Positions 55,083-64,000 of a stretch of 64,000 nt of DNA are shown piece after piece. The position numbers and the translations under genes were made by a program. The notes under the pieces are model-generated. The model searched no databases. It was not told the DNA's origin and worked only from the letters and a program-made list of their open reading frames with translations. The stretch covers positions 9,652,283 through 9,716,282 of the forward strand of contig OZ316892.1 in assembly GCA_973895155.1 (NCBI GenBank), given 5' to 3'. How positions within the stretch are numbered: the stretch's first letter is position 1; each line of letters opens with the position of its first letter. The DNA is from Marsupella aquatica. Lineage: Eukaryota > Plantae > Marchantiophyta.

Positions 55083-57356
55083 ATACAGAGCTGAATTCAT
55101 TTCCCCGATTCCATCGAAGCGGAGCTTGAGGATCCCAAACGATGCTACATCGTGGTAAACCTTCCTACAATCTTGGGCACGGCCACCGCTTTGTTGGGTG
55201 GATGGGCATTCTTGTATAAAACGACACAGTTGTAGTTTTCCTGCTTGCCTTCGAATCTGGTCAAGTTTTCCTGCCTCGAGCACCGCTTTCTTTTTCTATG
55301 ACGTGGTGGGCAGTTGATGTGGTGGGCAGTGAAGGAATTAGTACCCGGCATAATCTTTTGATGGATTTCTAATAGATAGACGTTGGTGTACCTCTGATCT
55401 TCTCATTCTCAGTGGTAAATTCAAATGTAATCCAAATCCTAAGTCTCTTATCCATCCTATCCTGGACACTCAAAAGTGCCTGGGGACCTCCTGACAATGA
55501 GAAGATGGGTTAACTATGGATGTACACAAATGCTCGTCAACGGTGAATGCAATATGAGTAACCTTACTTCGGTCTCCCGTCTCGCCAAATCTAAGCATGG
55601 ACAACGTGACCATTCTCTAGGTTCAGCATCTATCTAGACTAGTATAAAGTTTCACGATCCAGGTGTCTCCTTCCTTAAGAAGTTGGGTCATTGTTGTCTG
55701 ATGAGCTCGAGAGCCATCCTCCATCGAGTCATTTATTATTCGTAAATCAGACTACCTTTCCGAAAATTTCGATGACTTTCCATGAATTACCCTTAAAATT
55801 TCAATGAACTGCTTGCAACGAAAACTTGCCGAATTAGTGTAAGTAATTAGTATCATCAAAATCACACATTTGCTAGTCGTAGTTCTCCTGCAAATATCTG
55901 CTGAACTACAGCCTTCTTTCTCTATGGCTATTACTGAGCCATGCATTTCGCGGGTCCCCATGCCCTCTCGAAAAACCCAAGATCTCAAAGAACACAGTAC
56001 ACGAGTATTTTTGCCAAGATACCAGTTTTGGCGTGGGGGCAAGAGATCCTCATCTTGCGATGACTGAACCAAGTGAAGAGGCTGAGCCGCCCGTTTCTGT
56101 TGAAGCAGTATGACAACTATCAAAGATGAGAGCCAAACCAGCCCATCTCTATTGAATCACACCATGTAGCAAAAGTAATGCCATTTCTATTGGACCAACA
56201 TGTAGCAAAGATGAGACACAGTTTGTTCTAATGGAGCACTGCGACAATTCTCAAAGATGAGACCAGCGAGAGCAGCCCGTTTCTGTTGAAACAGAACATG
56301 TAGCAAAGATAAGACCATTTCTGTTGGGCCAACATGTAGCCAAGATGAGGGAAGGTTGCAACAGGTTAAGGATTCATGTAGGTCCTATTGTTTTTAAGAA
56401 TGATTCTTATCGTACTAAGAAATATTAAATCTTGTGATAACACAGAAAGTATGTTTGTTCAACAACTGAGTCTAGACTAATGCCTTCATACTGTTGCTTC
56501 TCAGTGAAGCGACTCAGTCCTATTCATCATCTGATCAGTTCCTGCAACTGGAGATTACCTCGGTCAATTCCGGCATCTTAAAAATTCATCACATGCACAA
56601 TGTCCAACTGTTGACCGGACGGGTGCTAGTTTAGCTCCTTTTTAAATCTTGTCACTCGCTGGTTGAGATAATGAACTTCGAATTTCTTTCCTGTCCCGCC
56701 CATAGGGAATGGTTAGATTAGGAACTCGTCGATAGTTGGGAAATCCTTGGATAGAACTCGGCAGGTATTCACGTCAGAATTCAGGTAATGTGTGGAGACA
56801 AGCATTTACATTACATTTCGTTACTGGAAACTTTCCAACAACTTCAAAATGTAGCTTTCGTCCGGTCGATACTGAATACATTTTTATTGCGAGTTTGCAC
56901 GATTTATAGTGGTCCTCAAACCCAGCAGGAGGGACGACCTATCAGCAACAGACCGATCGATAATTCGTACACACAGAGTGATACTGCGTACACAATTTCA
57001 AGTCACAACACTTTTTAAAGGTCTTGAATAGACATGATACAGTTGGCGATGGTATGGTACAGTTGAACTGACATGGCTAAGGTACATTCTGGTCTTAGCC
57101 TCTAAAGTTAGCAGAAAGGAGAAGATTGGCGTGTCGGATCTAACGCCAGAATCAAGAGCCGCCCTTTTCTGCCGTGGAAGAAAAGATCTTATCGACACGT
57201 GAAATCTACTTGGCAATCACGGTAGCACCAGTGTCTTTCGTAACCTCACCTTCGTAGCTACACAATCGCTGCTAAGAGCGTAGTCTTGTTAATTCACCTT
57301 TGCCTGGAAAAGACCTTCCTCCGTCGCTGCTTCCTCAATTTCAGAGAGGCAATGAC

Positions 57357-60039
57357 CTAGTTGTCTAGGTCATTGCCATCTACTATCTTAACTTCAGGAA
57401 AGTAAAAATCTACTTCCTGTGGCAAAAGTGTGAGATCATCGTTTTGTCCTTCCAATACGGGATACTCTTGGAGCAACTGCATCACTTCTTTCCTGCTTGG
57501 CATACTTGGGATCGCACCTTTTGTTCGTACGCTGAGGGAAGCTGCAGCAGCTGAAAGGCGGACGATTTGAGTGGGATTTAGTCAGCAAGTGAACAAATGA
57601 TTTCTCGAGTCCTATCTTGGTAGCAAACTACTGAAAGTTGTGACCTTCCCAAAAACTGTTACACCAGAATGCTGATGCACCTGCTGACATCTCTAGCCAT
57701 CCAAACATACAAATGCCAAATGAATTCACCGGATAAGAGGCAGCAAACCTGCAAATCTTAGGGCATCAACAGAGGGCTGCCCCTCTACGATAGCTACAGT
57801 GTAAGCTGCAGTAAAAGTGTCTCCGGCACCAGTTGTATCAACTACAACTGGAGCAACGAGAGCCGCTTGAACAACTGGGGCCTCAACCTTATTTAAAAGG
57901 ATTGATCCATTTTCTCCCAGCTTCACAAGAACGTGTTTGACACCCTGCAGGCCATCCACAGAAGCAGCAACTTCCAGATTAACAATGGTCTTCTACGTTG
58001 ATAGCATCAGGTCACAAATTTGAGACACAAGGCGTTGGGTGATAACAACGAGAGGCTTCACTGGAAGGACGAAGCATTCAAATGTTCTTCCACATGTATC
58101 AAAGGCCGCTCTTAACAGGCAGTGTCCAGTTGCGGAGAAAAAGCAAGAGTGTAAAGCAAGAATGGACACAATTTTACAAGCACCTGGGATCAGTTACACT
58201 ACCATATTCAGGATCTTGGTTGCAGCCTCCACGACCTGTTCTCTGGTTTCTGTTGGCATCCCTGTGATACGACCAAGCTCCGTCTCATTGGGACTAAAGA
58301 TTGTGACATACTTCAGCAGCTCGTCGGGGATTGGAGTGTCCATTCCTCCGGCATCTAATATAACTGGCACGTTTGCGCTTCTAGCTATCTGCGAAAGGGC
58401 ATAACAAGAAACAAGCGATGATGAATCCAATAATCCCTCTCCTGAAACTCAAGATACCTTCATCAACATAAGCAACCTTGGTAAGGAATATTTGGTGCTA
58501 TTTCCTGAACTCAAGTGATTGGTGATGTATCCTTGAAAAAACACCCTTCAGCATGAGAAGTTAGAGCCAATATGAATAGGACAACGGGAGAATTAGATAT
58601 GAAACTTCTCATAGTGCAAGAGAGTAGAGCACACCTTGGCAACCTCTACGTTTACAGCATCCGGAATTTCTCTTTGTAAGAGCACCGCACCGGCCCGTCT
58701 GAGCAACTGTTGAGCCTTCTCCGTGAGGCGCCCAATACCACCGTCCAACCGTGGCCATGAAGCATTGGCCCCTCCCACAATGATGATGGAGTTTTTACCG
58801 CCCGGTTGCAACATCACCACCGCATGCCCCGTTGGTCCGGCGACAGTGTTCAGATGATCCAGCTTGACGCTACATGATTGCAAAGCATCCCGCACTAGAG
58901 GTCCAAATGTATCCTTCCCAACCTGTCCATAGAACTCTGATATAAGTATTTCGACTTCCTTCATGGACCAGACAATCACACCCATCTCACCATAGTACAC
59001 CCCACTCAGAATCTTCCGCTGCAGACCCCCTATTTGTCAATTGCGCATTTAGAATTCCACCTTAGCCCCGAGCACTGAGACATTCCTAGCAGAAAAGAAT
59101 CAAAATAAGTGAACATCTTCAATGTACAGATGGAGCAACAATTCTTGACGCCATCAGGCGGCATCCGCAACACACAGATTATATTTCAATAGGACGATTT
59201 CTTGTCGGATTTCAGCTGGAGCGATGGAAGTCCAACTCACATCAAAATTGCGATGACTTATTTGCCACCTCAGCGATTGCTTTGTTATACCGCAATAAAC
59301 TACTGAGACCGTTGACGACCACGAAAGAATGATTGGGTGCATGAATAATGTTTTCTAGGGCAAGCCTCTTATGACAGCACCATTTTTGCCTATTTGATCT
59401 CGCATCTCCTTGCGTGCATATGAGTTCAATCTTTTCGGTAGCAGATTTCTATCCTGCAGGGGCCAGTCGAGACACAATTCTCTCTCTCAAGTCCCTTCAA
59501 CGCAAAATTTGGGCACACACTGTATGCTGTCTTTTGGATGGAACTTAAAATGATCTTTCAAGGCAAATGTGGGCACATAGGGGGACAGCATTCCATGGAC
59601 ACTGATCCATGTGGTACACAATGCGATGTTCTGGTATGGCCAATGAGGAGAACCCTAGGGAATTCGACGTGAACTTAACTCGAATGCACTACAGAGACCA
59701 CATCTCCTCGAAGCTCCTGAATGAAATCGCATGTCCCTCGAACTTCATAAACTTCGAATATCAACTTGAGGAGAAAGGAGGATGCAAGCTGAAACTTCCA
59801 TTGCACTAGGGTTGCGAGAGGAAGTACAATCTTACCTGACCGACGAAATAAGTTGGGTAGGAGAGGCGAGCAGCACAAGCAGCCTGATTGGCGCCCTTCC
59901 CACCGGCCAGGGTTTGGCAATTCCGTGCGGAAATGGTCTCGCCCTCCTTCGGCATCCTCTCAATTTCCACAACGAGGTCCGCATTGGCCGATCCCACGAC
60001 CACCAGCGGGGACTGCATTGCCTTTCCCGCGGTCGTCAT
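57357..60039 (-). CDS. RBSK: Ribokinase (PfkB family), 5 exons
   Basis: Exons 60039-59836, 58922-58635, 58388-58203, 57944-57749, 57550-57357. Motifs VVVGSANADL, GGKGANQA, LLQREIP, PNETE, VKLG, DTTGAGDTF and KGAIPSMP. The true start may lie further upstream. Confidence 0.94.
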
Positions 60040-62257
60040 TGCACAGCAGGAATGAAGAAACAGAGCACGAGCGTCGAAACACAGTAGTAACAATGCCGAT
60101 TCCGCAAGGACCACGATATCTTCGCTCACGGATAAATCTCACAGCTTCCGCCTTCAGAGACAACAATCCCCTCCTCCTCGATCGACATGACCTCACCTCG
60201 CATCACCGTAGGACTCTCTCATCCGCAAATTGTCCACTCTGCGACTCAATTATCTGCCCATCACATCACATCACAATCCTCAATTCCGCCATCTCTCTCG
60301 TTCATTCAGCTTTTTCCAGCGACACATCGCCAAATTCGTTCATATCTTTCTCTGCCCCTCTAATAAAGCTCCGTCATGGCTCTGCGACCGCCCGAACTCG
60401 TCATTAGCATCAGCATCATTACCATTGTTATTGTAATAGTAGTCCATGGCTTCCAGTTCGGGACTCCATTGCCGCCCGGAGGAGCTCGAACAACCGCTCC
60501 CTCGCTCTCTCTCCCTCTCTCTGGGCCTCGAGAGAACGCTTGTGAGTCGAACACTGTAGAGGAGGTGTTATTTTGTACAAGAATGCAGGGATTTCTTTCT
60601 ACAAGAGCGCGGGCAATAAATATTACTAGGCCCGGAGGTATTGTATAATGCGAGTAAAGAGTAATTTGGTTAGCTAGTAGACTGTTGTTAGCCAGACACT
60701 AATAGTTTTATTAATTTTTTTAGTTTTGCTGCCTTTTATATATTTTGTGTGTTTTCATGACTCCAGATGGCTAGCGAGGTCGCTAATGAAAAAGAGTAGT
60801 CCCCAAAATGTATGTCAAAATGTATGTTATCTACCAAGTTGTTGTTAGTGAGGCAGTTGGATATAGAAAAATTAGGGGTCATGTAAGGAAAGGTTTTGCT
60901 CATGCGGGTAAATTTTTTACTGTTTCCTCACACGCTACAATGACCCAAAGGCCCGTGACCAAAGCAAACTCAAGTTGGCACTCTCTAAGTGCACACTCCT
61001 GGGAAGGAGCATCTGGTGTGCACTAGAGGGGTCATGCTAGAGTATTTTACAGGGCATTTTGGAGCATAATACCATGGTCAAGATCTTGTCCACCTCTTTA
61101 GGACGAGTCTCCTATAATTTTACTAAAGTTAGCAAATAGAGAAATCTTTTAATACATCCTTTAAACCACAATTATCTGTATAAGAGTAACTACTTACCCA
61201 TTGATAGCTCTCATTATACAATGCACATGGTTTACTTCCACTAGGAATGGACTTGGGTTCCACATTTATGGTGAGTGTATTGTTTACAAAGGGTAGAAAG
61301 AAGCAATAGCCAGTAGCTAATAGGGCCCTTTGACATGGGCATGTGTGGAGCATTATGGGCAATAATAGCCCCTTATTATTAATTATGGGAAAATGAAAAA
61401 TTTAACTCAAGCTTTCAAGTTCCCATAATTTTCCTTGACATCTTCTCCAAGAGTACTAAACTAAGATAAAATACTTGGGATTTCTAGTCAAATTAAAATT
61501 TTTGCATTAATCTTAAAATGTGGAAAGGCATATTCTATATTAAAGAAATTGGACAACTGAGATGAAAACAGGGCCCAAGATGCTTTTCCTCTTACCAAGG
61601 TTCGGGAAACAAGAACATGCAAAAGGTCTAGTCCAGGCATATATATTGGCAACACAAATAAAAACCTCTATTGTAGGAATATTGAGTTATCTGGGGAGTC
61701 CTCTAGGTACCCTGATGCAAATCAAGGAATTTACAAACTACCAAAATCATCTAGCTAAAGTAAAATTTTAGAAGATGTCTATGATTTATTTTCATGTACT
61801 TTATTTCATATTATCCAATGTTCAAGTTTCCTATACCCTTCAAACAACCAATCTGGTTTCCTCCACCTCCGCTAAGTGGGTGTCCATGTCACCATGTCCA
61901 TGTGACAATGTAACAAGCTTATTATATCCTTTTTTAGAAAGATTATTAGGTTGTCCATGGAAATATGCGGTTATTTAAGTGCAAAATGCATACATGCTGC
62001 ATGTCATCATGCCATTGGTGCTTTACAACTTTATGTAAAATGATTTAGAGGGGTGATAAATGATCAAATTGCAGTTGCAAGTGATGTATGGCCCCCCATT
62101 AGATGATCCCCCAAGCCTAGCTCTCTGACTAGCTAGATCCCACTTCAAAGATATGACCCAGAGAGAGTTGGCGGAGGTACAATTTGATTTGCAAGCTCTG
62201 ACAGAACAGCTAGATGGTAGCTGTAGACTAGCTAGATAATTAGCATATTCTCACGAA

Positions 62258-64000
62258 CTAGCTCAATACCCGTGTGTTGCACAAAAGATGTCGTGTTGCC
62301 CAAGATGTCGTTAAGGAAAAATATGCCGTGTCCTCTAAGATGTCGTTAAGACAAAAATATATTGTGTCGCCCAAGATGTCATTAAGAAAGAAAATGTCGT
62401 GTCGCCCAACTGAAGATGTCATGAAGAAAAAAATGTTATGTCGCCCAATGTGTCATTAATAAAGAAAAAAGATATCGTGTCACCCAAGATGTTGTTAAGA
62501 CAAACGATGGTGTGACACCCAAGATGTACTTAAGAAAAATGATATTGTGTCACCCAAGATGTCCTTAAAACAAAAGGATGATATCGTGTCAACCAAGATA
62601 TTGTTAAGAAAAAAGATGTTGTGGCACCCAATATGTCCTTAAGAAAAGAAATGCCACATTGCCCAAGATGTTGTTAAGTAAAAAAGACGTTGTTAAGAGA
62701 AAGTTGCATAAAAGATGGTGTGGTGAGAAAAATATGTTGAGGTGAAAATAGATGTTGAGGTGAGAAAAAGAAGTTGAAGTGAGAAAAATATGTCAAGGAG
62801 AGAAATGTTGAGGGGAGAAAAAGATGTTGAGGTGAACAACGATGGTAATGAGAAAAAGAGATGTTGAGCTAAGAAAAAGAAGTAGAGCAAAAACTATGTC
62901 AAGGAGAGAAAAGATGACGATGTGAGAAAAATATGTGAAGATGAGGAAAATATGTTGAGGGTGAGGGAAAGATGTTGTGGTGAGATAAAAATGTGAAGGT
63001 CAGAAACAGGTCAGATGTCGAGGTGAAAACAAATGTCAATGAGAAAAAGAGACGTTGAGGTGAGACAAAGAAGTCAAGGTGAAGAAAAGATGTCGAGGAG
63101 AGAAAAAACATGGTGAGGTGAGAAAAAAGACGTTTAGGAGAGAAAATATGTCGAGGGTGAGGGAAAGATGTTGTGGTGAGATAAAGATGTCAAGGTGAGA
63201 AAAGATGTCAAGGTAAGAAAAGATGTCAAGTCAAGTGAGAAAATATATCGAGGAGAGAAACAAAAATCAAGGACCTAACCATGTTGAGGGTGAAAAAAAT
63301 TGTCGTGAGATAAATATGTCCATGTGAGACAACATGGTGAGATGAGAAAAATATGTCAAGGCAAGGTAGAGTTGTTGTGGTGGTGTGCAAAAACTCGTGC
63401 ACTGCACATAGAAATTGGAGACTGAGATAATAGTCACCGCAACATAGAGTCCAAGCACAACCAAGTGACAGAAAAAAAATGTTTTAATTTTTAATTTTAG
63501 AGAAATTAATATCATATATATATTATTTATACTCAAGTTTTTTCAGAACTTTAAAGTTATTATCCAACTCTTTAAGTCTCAATTTTAGTAATTAGTTTTT
63601 AATTTATTTTCAATTAATGTTTTTTTTTTTAATCTTGGTTGGGTTTGGGTAAGCTATGGGTAGCTTGGGCAGAGGTAATTCACATTAACAGAGATATGGA
63701 TGGATCCTGTAGTTGCAGAAAAACAAAATTTCACTTAAGACCTAGGATTGTTCCCAGTTTTTCTTGATTTTATAAATAATACAACAGGGTTAGGTACCTT
63801 TTTTGTCTTTTGTTTCTATCATTAGATTCTTTTTTGTGTGAAAAGTGCATGCAACAGGGTTAGTTACGTTTTTTGTTTTGTGTGTCCAACAATTGATTAC
63901 TGTTTGTGGGAAAAAATTTCTTGTACTTTTTGGTTCACTCTATATTTCATTTGCTTTTGGTTTTATCCCTTCTCTGTATTGATTACTATTTTTGTTGGCA
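62258..64000 (-). mobile_element. Non-autonomous Helitron of the same family; 5' end beyond the window
   Basis: a|ctagctcaatacccgtgtgttgcac at 62258; ~1.1-kb satellite 62280-63360; 63480-64000 is colinear with 34396-34860. Confidence 0.72.

Overview
Eukaryotic land-plant genomic DNA (GT-AG multi-exon genes; the lineage cannot be fixed from sequence alone). Six protein-coding genes are supported: the 5' part of an At1g64430-like PPR-annotated protein (-), a METTL13-like methyltransferase with only the C-terminal domain (+), monodehydroascorbate reductase (+), CYP51G1 (-), RPS13 (+) and ribokinase (-). Intergenic space holds a non-autonomous Helitron family with internal satellite arrays, several tandem repeats and decayed LTR fragments. 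The main oddity is a young Ty1/copia element (6460-13267, TSD GCAGA). Its PBS-gag-PR-IN half is inverted relative to its LTRs and RT-RNaseH half. The inverted block is bounded by a 159-bp U5+PBS inverted repeat, a 55-bp fold-back and an 18-bp duplication next to PPT-like tracts. Undoing the rearrangement in silico restores an in-frame IN-RT junction. The present configuration predicts an antisense/hairpin transcript against its own family.
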